Positions 1 to 9,532 of a stretch of DNA of 64,000 bases are shown in pieces; the first letter of the stretch is position 1, and each line of letters opens with the position of its first letter. Source of the DNA: a virus; IMG/VR virus record IMGVR_UViG_3300027859_000890, positions 1 to 64,000 of that record; one strand, 5' to 3'. Made by a program: the position numbers and the translations under genes. The notes beneath the pieces are model-generated. The model was given only the letters and a program-made list of their open reading frames with translations, made no database searches and had not been told where the DNA came from.

Positions 1-85
1 TCCCTATGATTTCAAAGATTTGTAGCAGATTTTTAAACCTTTGGATGAGGGGCAGAGAGGCATAGTTAAAATACTTTCGCCTCCT

Positions 86-328
86 TTAGAACACTCCTTT
101 AGCGTTGCGTATTCTATATTCGTATACTGTATTCACATCAGCTGTATCTAGTATATACTCACTCAGTACAAGTTCTAACACAGTGGTATCACGTTGCCCA
201 CGGTATTCTATGATCCATTCCAATCCTTCCTCTCCGTAGTATCCGGTTACAGTATAGTCAGACTTCAACCATACATCTATGAGATTCTCAAGGTCATCAG
301 GATAATCTCTACAAACGATCACTCGCAT
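86..328 (-). CDS. hypothetical phage protein
   Basis: 80-aa ORF with ATG start; no recognised motif. Confidence 0.55.
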   Translation of the reverse strand: MRVIVCRDYPDDLENLIDVWLKSDYTVTGYYGEEGLEWIIEYRGQRDTTVLELVLSEYILDTADVNTVYEYRIRNAKGVF

Positions 329-333
329 TTGCG

Positions 334-440
334 TTCAACAGTGAGCTTTTGTATATTCAACAGTGAGCATTGTGTGTTATAACATACATAAGAATAGGCT
401 AAACAGTTTATTGCGAGTTGTGCAGTATTCAACAGTGAGC
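334..440. repeat. three direct copies of TTCAACAGTGAGC (334-346, 356-368, 428-440)
   Basis: exact 13-mer seen three times in a 180-nt intergenic region. Confidence 0.8.
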
Positions 441-511
441 AACGCAGTGTATATGCTAGAGATCTCAACCGTACAGTTACACAAAAATTTTTTTGCGTAC
501 ACTTCGTGCTT

Positions 512-835
512 TTAGGCATCATCAACCTCTATGCCTTCAAATGATCTTGGGTCTACTCCTGTAATATCCAGTATAAGATCGCATAAGTTAGCTTTAACAG
601 GGATCTTGTTGTTCGTGCATATAGCAACTACTTCTACGAGCACACGTGCCATTCTAGGAGCATTTTCAATCAGTTTCCTATTAGCAAGTATGGTTTCAGG
701 TTGTAGTCCTTCACTGCGTATAGTTCCTATAGGGGTTTGTTCTGAGTCTTGCACTATGTATACAGCTTCTCCGTTGGGTTTGTGTGATCCTTGTGTTCTC
801 CAAGGTGCTGGGCTGGGTTGATGTTTTTTTGCCAC
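512..835 (-). CDS. hypothetical phage protein
   Basis: ORF 512-976; GTG start at 835 preceded by AGGAG is the likely true start. Confidence 0.6.
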   Translation of the reverse strand: MAKKHQPSPAPWRTQGSHKPNGEAVYIVQDSEQTPIGTIRSEGLQPETILANRKLIENAPRMARVLVEVVAICTNNKIPVKANLCDLILDITGVDPRSFEGIEVDDA

Positions 836-887
836 TGTACTTCTCCTATATAAATAACTGCGTGTTTTATATTTAGCGAGGACTGAG

Positions 888-1073
888 ATGGCAGATGTAA
901 AGACTTTCACACTACAACTAGAAGTAGGACAGAAGATATTGGTGGGCAAGGATAGACAGCCCGCAGAAATAACCAAAATAGAATGGTATGAGCGTAGTGG
1001 AGAACTTCATCTACGTACAACATCAGGTAAACGAAAGGCACTGACATTTGCATTACCAGCCTCAGAGCATTGA
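888..1073 (+). CDS. hypothetical protein
   Basis: ATG with GAGGA RBS, TATAAATA upstream at about 849. Confidence 0.65.
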   Translation: MADVKTFTLQLEVGQKILVGKDRQPAEITKIEWYERSGELHLRTTSGKRKALTFALPASEH

Positions 1074-1800
1074 AGACGGTGGCGGTAAAGCTTGGGAACG
1101 TCGATGGCGTAGTTTGAACAAGGATTCAAAAATACATCAAGTTCACAGAGATTATCGTCCTCAACGAGACCACAGTTATGAATTCAACAGTCTAGGTTTT
1201 AGAGCACCTCAGTTTGATGTCGTAGACTGGGGCAACGCAGTGGTGTGGGTAGGAGATTCATTCACATTTGGTATAGGTGTTAGAGCAGAACATACCCTGC
1301 CAGGATTGTGCAACAACAGACACGGAGTCACACACATTAATCTGGGTCGTGGTGGTGCCAGCAATGGTAGGATTTCGTCAACGGCACACAGCATATTGGA
1401 GTACAGCCCTAGAGGGTTGATATGCAATTGGAGCAACCCCAGTAGATTGTTCTCCAATGGTGTAGACTGCACATATTGGAATATGGGCTTGAGGAAGTCA
1501 ACGTTTCCTGTGCCTGAACTGTTCAAAGTGTGCAGGGCAGAATATCGCGAGTGGATGGCAGCGGGTGTGGAACACCACAATCAAACCACACTGGAGTTTG
1601 TACGCGAACTCACTGAACTCTGCGGAGATAGGGTATTGCACATCAGCACAGGATTCCGTGAAACAGCTGAACTACTAGGACAGACTTGGTTTGAAAAGCC
1701 CAATCACATAATGGATTACAGTTATGATGGCACACACCACAGTGAACGTATGAACCGGAGACACCTTAGACACGTAAAGCCCTGGCTAAATACATTATGA
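1048..1800 (+). CDS. SGNH/GDSL-hydrolase-like protein
   Basis: VGDSFTFG, NLGRGGASN and DGTHH blocks; start uncertain. Confidence 0.65.
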   Translation: MHYQPQSIEDGGGKAWERRWRSLNKDSKIHQVHRDYRPQRDHSYEFNSLGFRAPQFDVVDWGNAVVWVGDSFTFGIGVRAEHTLPGLCNNRHGVTHINLGRGGASNGRISSTAHSILEYSPRGLICNWSNPSRLFSNGVDCTYWNMGLRKSTFPVPELFKVCRAEYREWMAAGVEHHNQTTLEFVRELTELCGDRVLHISTGFRETAELLGQTWFEKPNHIMDYSYDGTHHSERMNRRHLRHVKPWLNTL

Positions 1801-2030
1801 ACCTAAGAGAACTGTTTACTGGAACCAAACCCAGCACTTGTAAAAAATACGCAGGAAGCCCAGCTCAATTGGGAAAGTCAGCATTGGATAGTTGCAAAAG
1901 TCAAGGGCTGATACGTAGAGACAGCAAGCGTAAACACAGGGTAGGTAAAAAGGTTATCAAAGTAGGCGGCACAAAACTCAAGGGTAAGAAGTACGGCGGC
2001 GAGTTGCCAGATTACAACAAAAAAGGTTAG
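1797..2030 (+). CDS. small basic protein, probably late/virion-associated
   Basis: TAAATA 4 nt before ATG; MNLRELF N-terminus. Confidence 0.6.
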   Translation: MNLRELFTGTKPSTCKKYAGSPAQLGKSALDSCKSQGLIRRDSKRKHRVGKKVIKVGGTKLKGKKYGGELPDYNKKG

Positions 2031-2032
2031 TT

Positions 2033-2776
2033 ATGCGTTTTAAAGAGATATCAGAAGATACACCATCAAGTGGCAGCTCAGGATTAGGCAGTTTGTTTGG
2101 CAAAGGCTCAGACATAGGTACATTTTACAATCCAGGTATGGATGATGAATTACAAGGCATTATAAGTGACATAGAAAAAGCAGCCAAGTCAGGTGTTCGT
2201 GTACCTGGTAGGCCGCCAATGGCAGGTCCACCACAGAGTCAATGGGATGAAAAGTTTGCAAAGTATTACAACAAAGATGGTACTCCAAAAGCTCCTGCAA
2301 CAGGTGGTGGCAAGGGTAACGTAAGTTATGTAAGCAACTTCAAAAATAGAACACGCAACAAAGCAATCAATCCTAAACTAATGGGTATACTGCAAAATGC
2401 AAGTGCAGCCACAGGACTTCGAGTTGTGATATTTTCAGGTGGGCAGGATCCAAAGGGCAGAGGCTCAAGACGCACAGGATCAACACGCCACGACAATGGT
2501 AATGCAGCAGATGTTTATTTGTATGACAAAGAAGGCAAACAGCTAAACACTAGAGGTGATGACCCTAGGGTTGTAAACTTTGTAGCAGCCTGTAAACGTG
2601 CAGGTGCAAGAGGACTAGGCGCACACCCAGGTTATATGGGCGGCACTGGACTACACGTAGATATCATTGGTAGTTCACAAGGTGGCGGTAATATGTGGGG
2701 AGCAGGTGGCACAGGATCGCCTCCACAGAGAATAGCACAAGCATTTGCCACTGGTAAAGGCACAGCTGTCACATAA
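2033..2776 (+). CDS. peptidase M15-like (Zn peptidoglycan peptidase) domain protein
   Basis: RHDNGNAADV and LHVD zinc-ligand pattern. Confidence 0.6.
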   Translation: MRFKEISEDTPSSGSSGLGSLFGKGSDIGTFYNPGMDDELQGIISDIEKAAKSGVRVPGRPPMAGPPQSQWDEKFAKYYNKDGTPKAPATGGGKGNVSYVSNFKNRTRNKAINPKLMGILQNASAATGLRVVIFSGGQDPKGRGSRRTGSTRHDNGNAADVYLYDKEGKQLNTRGDDPRVVNFVAACKRAGARGLGAHPGYMGGTGLHVDIIGSSQGGGNMWGAGGTGSPPQRIAQAFATGKGTAVT

Positions 2777-3306
2777 TGGAAAATTACGTAGCAAAATGTT
2801 TGGTAGCCAGGCCAAGTGTGCAAGATCCTTTCTTTAAAAACTCTGTGGTGTTTGTGTTTGAACAAAATGACATACAAACCACAGGAGTAGTTGTAAATCG
2901 TAAAAGCAACTTCAATACACAGGATTTGTTAGCAAAAGTAGGTGCAGCCGTACCCAAGGGTGTAGAACCTGTGTATGCGGGTGGCCCTGTTAGTAAGAAT
3001 TCAATTATAATGTTGCACACCAAAGAATGGCACAGCACAAGCACTTTTAGAGTAGGCGGCAAGTATGCTGTAACATCAGATGATCTAATGCTAAAAAGAT
3101 TTGCTATGGGCGATGCACCTAAAGGATATAAGTTCTGTGCAGGTGTTGCTGTATGGCATAATCAACAGCTACAAAATGAAATCAAAGCTGCAAGTTGGTT
3201 GTGTGTAGAACTAAACAAACACACTGTATTTGACTACAATGGTATGACACAATGGGATCTAGCCATTGAACACGCTGCAAAACAGACCATAGATCAGTTC
3301 TTTTGA
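2776..3306 (+). CDS. YqgE/AlgH family protein
   Basis: LVARP..DPFFKNSVV, GVVVNR, VYAGGPV, W..QQLQNEI...SW. Confidence 0.85.
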   Translation: MENYVAKCLVARPSVQDPFFKNSVVFVFEQNDIQTTGVVVNRKSNFNTQDLLAKVGAAVPKGVEPVYAGGPVSKNSIIMLHTKEWHSTSTFRVGGKYAVTSDDLMLKRFAMGDAPKGYKFCAGVAVWHNQQLQNEIKAASWLCVELNKHTVFDYNGMTQWDLAIEHAAKQTIDQFF

Positions 3307-3382
3307 CCTGCGCTGTTTTGTTACAAGCCAATATTTGACTAATCAACAAAAATATGCTATAAATATTATATAGGAGATATAA

Positions 3383-3778
3383 ATGACAAGGTTCGCAGTA
3401 ACACTTGTGTTGGGTCTCGCAATAATAATTTTACTATCAAGCAAGTTCCCAGCATACAGTCAAGATCAAAAACTAGATAAATTCTTTATCACGACACAGT
3501 TTTGTGGCCCGTGGAAAGAAGTGATTAAGACTCCAAAGAAATACAAAGAAGGAATGCTGTTCACAGGCACTGGACAACAATTTGGCTCGCAGAATGGTCG
3601 AATGTTCACAGGAGGTATGTTTTTCTTTGTTAATCAAGAAACTGGAAGTTACAGTATTATAAATGTGTACAGTGATGGTATGGCTTGTATGATGCAAGCA
3701 GGTAGAGACTTTCAACCATACACTGGATCACAACCTTGGGATGAAAAAGCACCTAAACAAGAAGGAGACAACGGATGA
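3383..3778 (+). CDS. secreted hypothetical protein
   Basis: AGGAG RBS, signal-peptide-like N-terminus. Confidence 0.65.
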   Translation: MTRFAVTLVLGLAIIILLSSKFPAYSQDQKLDKFFITTQFCGPWKEVIKTPKKYKEGMLFTGTGQQFGSQNGRMFTGGMFFFVNQETGSYSIINVYSDGMACMMQAGRDFQPYTGSQPWDEKAPKQEGDNG

Positions 3779-4032
3779 ACTGGTTAGTTGTAGTTGTCTT
3801 TGCTACATTGGCTGGAGATGTATACATTTTCAATGACCCTGCTTGGGAAACAAAAGAAGAATGTATGGCAAGCTTGACTGATCCTGAAATGCAACCAAAC
3901 TACATTGCAAAGTTAGTGCTAGAGTATGGTAAAGCAATGCCAATACAATTTGTAAATTGTTTGAGCGAAGAGCAGATAGACGAAATACTAATGGGCTATA
4001 CTGGTAACGTCAAAAAGGGAACAAACACGTGA
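3775..4032 (+). CDS. hypothetical protein (similar to 38727-38951)
   Basis: ATGA overlap; hydrophobic N-terminus, KEEC motif. Confidence 0.6.
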   Translation: MNWLVVVVFATLAGDVYIFNDPAWETKEECMASLTDPEMQPNYIAKLVLEYGKAMPIQFVNCLSEEQIDEILMGYTGNVKKGTNT

Positions 4033-4238
4033 ATGTAGTTTGGACATTAGTCTATATAATGATACAAGGTCAGGATGTTTTTGCAGTCAACGCATATGGT
4101 CCTGGCCATACGTTTCCGGATATGTATGACTGCTTTCACGCTAGAGATATACTTGCTATTGACTTAGGCGGTACAGAAGGACGCTTTCCACAAGGCTCAC
4201 AAGCCGTTTGTATTCCAATGGAGAAAACTGAAACATAA
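4029..4238 (+). CDS. hypothetical protein
   Basis: GTGA overlap with upstream gene. Confidence 0.55.
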   Translation: MNVVWTLVYIMIQGQDVFAVNAYGPGHTFPDMYDCFHARDILAIDLGGTEGRFPQGSQAVCIPMEKTET

Positions 4239-4246
4239 ATATTGCT

Positions 4247-4777
4247 ATGAGTGATACGCTAGTTCTCAATGCCGATGCGCAACCCGTCTCATTTTTACCT
4301 TTATCAATAGTGCAGTGGAAAGAAGCTGTAATGTATATGTTTCACGACAAGTGTAGTGTATTGGAATGGTATGACGATTGGCTGGTCCGGAGTCCCAGTT
4401 GGGAAACACGGGTGCCCGCCGTGATTATGTTGAAGCAATATATGCACAAGACCCGCAAACCACGTTTTAGTAAATCTAACTTGTATTTGCGGGATTTGTA
4501 TGAGTGCGGTTACTGTGGTGATAGATTTAAGAAAGTTGATTTAACAACAGATCACGTTAAGCCACTGAGCAGAGGTGGTAAAACTAATTGGGAGAATTGT
4601 ATTACAGCTTGCAAACCTTGCAACTGGCGTAAAGGCAGCAAAGAAGGACCTGAATGGCGTCCTAGGTACAAACCATATGCGCCTGGTTATTATGAACTTG
4701 TAAGAAAACGTAAACTACTGCCTATTGAACTTAGGCATCCTAGTTGGAATCAATGGCTTGACTTAGATGTGCAATGA
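4247..4777 (+). CDS. HNH endonuclease (HNH_5/McrA-like)
   Basis: LVLNAD, RD..CGYCG, TTDHVKP..GG..NWENCITACKPCN.RK. Confidence 0.9.
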   Translation: MSDTLVLNADAQPVSFLPLSIVQWKEAVMYMFHDKCSVLEWYDDWLVRSPSWETRVPAVIMLKQYMHKTRKPRFSKSNLYLRDLYECGYCGDRFKKVDLTTDHVKPLSRGGKTNWENCITACKPCNWRKGSKEGPEWRPRYKPYAPGYYELVRKRKLLPIELRHPSWNQWLDLDVQ

Positions 4778-5390
4778 TACGTGTGGCAGCTTTTGTATGC
4801 CCAGCTTGGTTCATATGTCCACTGTCCATTCTCAGTAACACATCATTCAATATGTCCTCTAAGTTTACACCTGTTATTCTATGATCAGCATCATATTGAC
4901 TGTTTACATTTATAACTGTGATACCATTTAGTTTACACAAAGCAGCGAATGCAGCGTGTTGAGTTTCAAATATTTCTTTATTGTATTCATAATTTGTAAA
5001 TCTGTTGTGCAAATTACTATATTGTTTTTCGTGTACGTTTGCACTGTATTCTTCGCTGTGGGCAGTTAATCTAAATAGTTTACCATTACGCCAATAGTCA
5101 TCAAGCTCTTCGTAAGGACTATAATATCTTGTGGTGTCAGGGCTCCATACTTCACGTCTATCTAATATTGTGTATTGTAAAAGTATTATGTCATTTTCTT
5201 TTAATTGCTTATCTATTATAGCTCTAGTCAATACACGCCATATTCTTTGATTACTGCCAGCACACGCTGCCGCGTGAATATAATTACAATCAAAATGATC
5301 CGCAACTTGTCTGCCGTAAGGATGTATGTCATATCTGTAATCACTAAAACTACATCCTCCTACTGCTATAGTAATTTTATTTGCTTCCAT
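4740..5390 (-). CDS. SGNH-hydrolase-like protein
   Basis: GGCSFS, AGSN, DSGHMN. Confidence 0.6.
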   Translation of the reverse strand: MEANKITIAVGGCSFSDYRYDIHPYGRQVADHFDCNYIHAAACAGSNQRIWRVLTRAIIDKQLKENDIILLQYTILDRREVWSPDTTRYYSPYEELDDYWRNGKLFRLTAHSEEYSANVHEKQYSNLHNRFTNYEYNKEIFETQHAAFAALCKLNGITVINVNSQYDADHRITGVNLEDILNDVLLRMDSGHMNQAGHTKAATRIIAHLSQAIDSN

Positions 5391-5989
5391 ACAAAATCCG
5401 ATACTAATTTATGAGCATTAGGTCCTGGATGTAATCCATCGTCTGCTCTATCATTTTTAACTAATAAATTTTCTACATTGTGTAATTTTGTGTAAAGATT
5501 TGTAGGTATCTTTTCAATTGTGTATTGATCATATGAATCATCACAATGTAAATTCACAACCTTTATATTTTGTTGCTGTAGGTGTAAGTTGGCTGTTTTG
5601 ATATATGTATATTCATCTATCATTGCATCTCTTTGACTACGTAACACATTCCATTTATACCAAGCTTCTGCTGCCTGTTTTGTTTGAGAATCTACTTCAT
5701 CATAATACATTTTGTGTTTGTGTATTAATAACTGATGTTTCTCAGTTTCAGTGTAAAGTAATGTTCTTGTCTTTGTATAGGTCCAAAGTATAACTACAAT
5801 GTCTTTAGGTTTGAAATTCTTTGATAAGATATAGTGCATTATTTGTTTATTGCTTGCACCACAAACTCCATAGTTGATAGCCCCAACCAATGCTGGCCAC
5901 GCACGTCTAGCAGGCGAGTCTGTTGTTATAGTACCATCTAAACCTAAACCAAATGTATTACTGCAACCAAATGCTATTAGCCTAGACAT
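5366..5989 (-). CDS. SGNH-hydrolase-like protein
   Basis: [18 protein letters not shown]. Confidence 0.65.
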   Translation of the reverse strand: MSRLIAFGCSNTFGLGLDGTITTDSPARRAWPALVGAINYGVCGASNKQIMHYILSKNFKPKDIVVILWTYTKTRTLLYTETEKHQLLIHKHKMYYDEVDSQTKQAAEAWYKWNVLRSQRDAMIDEYTYIKTANLHLQQQNIKVVNLHCDDSYDQYTIEKIPTNLYTKLHNVENLLVKNDRADDGLHPGPNAHKLVSDFVWKQIKLL

Positions 5990-7170
5990 TTTTTAACTGC
6001 CATTACGCACTCTTCTATCATAGCGTCAGTGTGAAGTGGAGTTGGAGCAAAACGGAGACGCTCCTCTCCCACAGCAACCGTTGGATAGTTGATTGGTTGA
6101 ACATAGATGCCGTGGTCATCTAATAAACAATCACTGATTGCTTTGCATACTTTGGCATCACGGATCATCACAGGAACGATATGAGTACAGGCTTTATCTA
6201 ATACTTCGACGCCAGCTTCAATCAATTTAGTTTTTAACTTCAATGCTTGAGCCTGATGCTGTTCGCGAAGTTCGTTGTGGTCTTTTAAATACTTTATACT
6301 GGCCAACGCTCCAGCACAAAGCACGGGCGACAGTGACGTAGTGAAAATAAATCCACTAGCCACGCTCCGGATAGCGTCTATGACGATGCTCTTGCCGGCG
6401 ATATAACCACCTGTAACGCCAAATGCCTTGCCGAGTGTTCCGTTAACAATATCAACTTTATCTTGAATACCTAGTTTTTCTAAGTACCCTGCTCCAGTGT
6501 CACCATACAATCCAACAGCGTGGACTTCATCAATATAAGTTATAGCACCGTAACGGTCAGCAAGATCGCAAATTGCTTCAATTGGGCTAACATCACCGTC
6601 CATACTATACACGGACTCGAATACAATGCAAGGGACTTGATTCCTAGTGGAAACTTCAACCAATTGTTGCTCTAATTGCTCCATATCATTGTGCTGCCAA
6701 ATTAACTTGTCAGCACCACTGTGTCGGATACCCTGTATGAGGCTTGCGTGATTCTTACTATCACTCAAAAACACAATGTTGGGAATGATTTTGCTTAAGG
6801 CAATTAGACTCCATTCATTTGCGACATAAGCACTCGAATACAAAAGAGCTTGTTCTTTGCAATGCAACTTACCAAGTTCCCATTCTAATGCTACGTGATA
6901 ATGCGATGTACCTCCGATGTTTCGTGTACCACCTGAACCAGCACCCGTTTGATCCAAAGCAGTATGCATCGCATCTATCACAACTTTTTGTTGCCCCATT
7001 CCAAGATAATCATTGCTACACCAATTTACAATATTTTTGATATTGTATTTGCCGTACCAAATTGCCTTAGGAAAGTCTCCTCGTTCTCGAACTATATCGT
7101 TGAAAACTCTATACTTGCCTTCTTGTTTTAGTTGGTTGATTACTTGTTCAAACGGGGTGTTATCTATCAT
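5977..7170 (-). CDS. hemA: 5-aminolevulinate synthase (PLP-dependent, Shemin pathway)
   Basis: [43 protein letters not shown] (PLP Lys), INYPTV. Confidence 0.95.
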   Translation of the reverse strand: MIDNTPFEQVINQLKQEGKYRVFNDIVRERGDFPKAIWYGKYNIKNIVNWCSNDYLGMGQQKVVIDAMHTALDQTGAGSGGTRNIGGTSHYHVALEWELGKLHCKEQALLYSSAYVANEWSLIALSKIIPNIVFLSDSKNHASLIQGIRHSGADKLIWQHNDMEQLEQQLVEVSTRNQVPCIVFESVYSMDGDVSPIEAICDLADRYGAITYIDEVHAVGLYGDTGAGYLEKLGIQDKVDIVNGTLGKAFGVTGGYIAGKSIVIDAIRSVASGFIFTTSLSPVLCAGALASIKYLKDHNELREQHQAQALKLKTKLIEAGVEVLDKACTHIVPVMIRDAKVCKAISDCLLDDHGIYVQPINYPTVAVGEERLRFAPTPLHTDAMIEECVMAVKKCLG

Positions 7171-7315
7171 AAAGTGTGTGCTTTTCTAAAAAAATATTTA
7201 TCTTTTTGTACATTAACAGATAGTATTACGGTTCTGTTGGGTTTTAATTGTGTACTGAAGAATATTTAAATACTTCTGTTACAAATTGTAGCACTAAAGA
7301 AGGAGGTATTTTCAA

Positions 7316-7546
7316 ATGGAAATGCTTAATAAAGTAAAAGAGTGGGCAGGCGCATTAGCTAACGTTGGTGTGAGCATTGCAGCTCTTGCAATCATCCTAG
7401 AGGTTCTAGGTCTGGGCAATATGCCATTTATGCCAGAAATGAGTGTAGTGGCAAATGTAACAGCAATGTTATCATCTCTAGGTTCTGAAGGAATTATGGG
7501 TTTGATTGCTGTGTGGGTACTATGGGCCATTTGGCAACATAAGTGA
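7316..7546 (+). CDS. small membrane protein
   Basis: AGGAGG RBS; two hydrophobic segments. Confidence 0.7.
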   Translation: MEMLNKVKEWAGALANVGVSIAALAIILEVLGLGNMPFMPEMSVVANVTAMLSSLGSEGIMGLIAVWVLWAIWQHK

Positions 7547-7557
7547 TCTCACTAACT

Positions 7558-7590
7558 GGTAGAGGGAAAGCCCCCCTCTACCTTTTTTTT
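7558..7590 (+). terminator. rho-independent terminator
   Basis: GGTAGAGGG/CCCTCTACC stem followed by T-run. Confidence 0.8.
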
Positions 7591-7592
7591 CT

Positions 7593-8009
7593 TTATCTAA
7601 ACCAAGCTATCTTTTCACCAGCAGCTTTTCGTCTATCATATTCTTCTGTGGTACTTGGATATCTCCAACAGTAAATTGCAACAAGTATCATAAATCCACC
7701 TGTCCAAAGTGCTGCCTTTGTGTTTCCTGTTGCAAAGTATGTAAACGCTACAGTCGTTGCCATAGTTGCAATCATAAAGTATTTCAGCTTCAAAGGAAAT
7801 ACTTTCTTCTCACTCCAATTGGTGAGGAAAGGTCCAAACAATTTATGATTGTATAACCAGTTGTGCATTCTCGTTGAGCTTTTTGCAAAACAATATGCTG
7901 CCATTACAATAAAGATACTCCAAGGTAGTCCTGGAAGTATTACTCCTAAGTATGCGATGCCTAACAATATAAAGCCGCATCCAGCCCAAAATATTTTTTT
8001 AATGTTCAT
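7593..8009 (-). CDS. YbaN/DUF454 inner membrane protein
   Basis: LGVILPGLP...AAYCFAKSS.RMHNWL..H.LFGP; start set at MNIKKIFW behind AGGAG. Confidence 0.85.
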   Translation of the reverse strand: MNIKKIFWAGCGFILLGIAYLGVILPGLPWSIFIVMAAYCFAKSSTRMHNWLYNHKLFGPFLTNWSEKKVFPLKLKYFMIATMATTVAFTYFATGNTKAALWTGGFMILVAIYCWRYPSTTEEYDRRKAAGEKIAWFR

Positions 8010-8060
8010 ATGCACTCCTTTCACCCTATACTTAGCGATAAATAATATGTGGAGAATAAA

Positions 8061-8318
8061 ATGCGAGCACAAGATATAATTAGAGCTTTATTGGATGTAC
8101 TTGATCAAGAATCAAAAGTAATGGATGCACCAGGCGAACCACCAAGTAGATTCAAACAGATATTATCACAGTTAAATAGACAGCACAGCAATTCACCAAA
8201 TGAAAAGTATCTTAGTTCAACAGATGCAGCATATCCAGATGGTGATGATCTACACAAATCAAAACAAACTTACAAACCTGTTGCCGGAGGAGATAATCCA
8301 ATGGCACGTAAAGATTAG
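8061..8318 (+). CDS. hypothetical phage protein
   Basis: GGAG RBS, TAAATA upstream. Confidence 0.6.
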   Translation: MRAQDIIRALLDVLDQESKVMDAPGEPPSRFKQILSQLNRQHSNSPNEKYLSSTDAAYPDGDDLHKSKQTYKPVAGGDNPMARKD

Positions 8319-8454
8319 CCCCTACTAACTTTTGGAACGTTGACAGCCAATGGCAATGAATCTCTGTTCCGGTTTCGCTAGTAAGGGCGTATTATAATGT
8401 ACTTTGCTAAAAAGGGCTATGCCCGCCTACTTGAAATTAGTTGTTGCTATAATA
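8318..8454 (-). ncRNA. candidate structured RNA (two stem-closed domains)
   Basis: 8318-8329 pairs with 8377-8388 (12 bp including G-U on the minus strand); 8389-8397 pairs with 8446-8454; internal hairpins GGAAC/GTTCC and GGGC/GCCC. Confidence 0.4.
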
Positions 8455-8751
8455 CTATTTAGTTTTAGTACCGCTTACAAAGTCGTAGAACATATTAGCA
8501 GCCTCTAGCACTTTGTCAGCGCCTGGCACTTCTGGCATTGTAACTTCTGTTACAACTTCGTCACCATCTTTTTTCATAGTGGTTTCAAACTGACCCCACT
8601 TAGCGTGATAGTCTTGCCATACATTGTTCTGTGCGAACTCTAATACTTTTGTGCGGATTTCGTAACCGTTTTTATTTGTTTTAACAGTTGGCATTACGTT
8701 TTTCATCATATCTGCAAACTGCTCAAAGTTTCTGGTCATCTGTTCTGTCAT
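8455..8751 (-). CDS. hypothetical phage protein
   Basis: GGGAG RBS; sigma70-like promoter TTGACA-17-TAATAT at about 8794-8822. Confidence 0.7.
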   Translation of the reverse strand: MTEQMTRNFEQFADMMKNVMPTVKTNKNGYEIRTKVLEFAQNNVWQDYHAKWGQFETTMKKDGDEVVTEVTMPEVPGADKVLEAANMFYDFVSGTKTK

Positions 8752-8831
8752 TTTTTTGTCTCCCTGTGTGTGTGACTGTTGGCTAATACTTTCATATTAG
8801 CCTAACAATCTATTTATGTCAAGACTTTTTT

Positions 8832-9005
8832 TCAGTCACGAAGTTTGGTAAGCTCTATCATAGTGCGTTTCGCTTCCTCGTGATACCCCTGTCTTGATAG
8901 TTCCGCCGCCGCTCTGCTGTATCCTGCTATCATCATAGTACGTTCTATTGAAGACCACAAGCCCGACAATGGCGAAAAGACATAGTTTTTTACAATAGTT
9001 GTCAT
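8832..9005 (-). CDS. hypothetical protein (57 aa, MTTIVKNY...RAAAELSRQGYHEEAK...LRD)
   Basis: ATG overlaps the DUF1127 stop (TAATG); below the ORF-track cutoff. Confidence 0.65.
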   Translation of the reverse strand: MTTIVKNYVFSPLSGLWSSIERTMMIAGYSRAAAELSRQGYHEEAKRTMIELTKLRD

Positions 9006-9253
9006 TAAACCGATCCTTTAAGATTTGGATTAACCTCAAGACCTGGCCAAGCTGGACTTGGCAAAGACTTAAGATTCTCTCTTAGGATGTCTTCGGCATA
9101 TTGATTAGCTAGGTGACGTATTTCACCACGTGCAATGCCTATGTCATTTAGTTCGTGATTTGTAAGAGCAGATAGCTCTTTGATGGTTGATCTTGCAGCT
9201 TTTCTAGCTTGCATTCTTACTCGTAGAGTATGTAGCCAATTTAAAATTGTCAT
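9005..9253 (-). CDS. DUF1127 (YjiS-like) small protein
   Basis: RSTIKELSALTNHELNDIGIARGEI. Confidence 0.85.
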   Translation of the reverse strand: MTILNWLHTLRVRMQARKAARSTIKELSALTNHELNDIGIARGEIRHLANQYAEDILRENLKSLPSPAWPGLEVNPNLKGSV

Positions 9254-9425
9254 TTTTGTTTTCCTATCTATATGTATATGTGTGATCCGAGTCTAACACT
9301 TAACTGCTAGTTTTACTCCTTCTACAACTATACTTAGCATTGATACCTGACAAAATCAATCAATTTTAGTGCAAAGACGTTATGCGTGTACTGCATACCT
9401 ATGCGTTATATTAGCGCATACCAAA

Positions 9426-9443
9426 TTGTCATAAAACTGTTAC
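9426..9443 (+). promoter_or_regulatory. Pho box (PhoB binding site)
   Basis: TTGTCAT-AAAA-CTGTTAC matches the CTGTCAT-N4-CTGTCA(C/T) consensus; upstream of the transporter gene. Confidence 0.7.
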
Positions 9444-9532
9444 AATTTTTTCGTTGACAAAATAATAAGTAGTCGTGTAACATTCAGTTACTTGTGAGCG
9501 ACGGGGTAAAGCCGTCAAGCAAAGGAGACAAA

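Noticed and set aside
334-440. CRISPR array
   Set aside because: Only three 13-bp units with gaps of 9 and 59 nt, and no cas genes.
7276-7294. Second Pho box upstream of 7316
   Set aside because: Only one good half-site (CTGTTAC); the second is out of register.
8455-8751. Phasin annotation
   Set aside because: Only a superficial helical resemblance; no phasin motif recognised.
8836-9039. 67-aa ORF from the track
   Set aside because: An alternative frame (8832-9005) has a coupled ATG and a more protein-like sequence.
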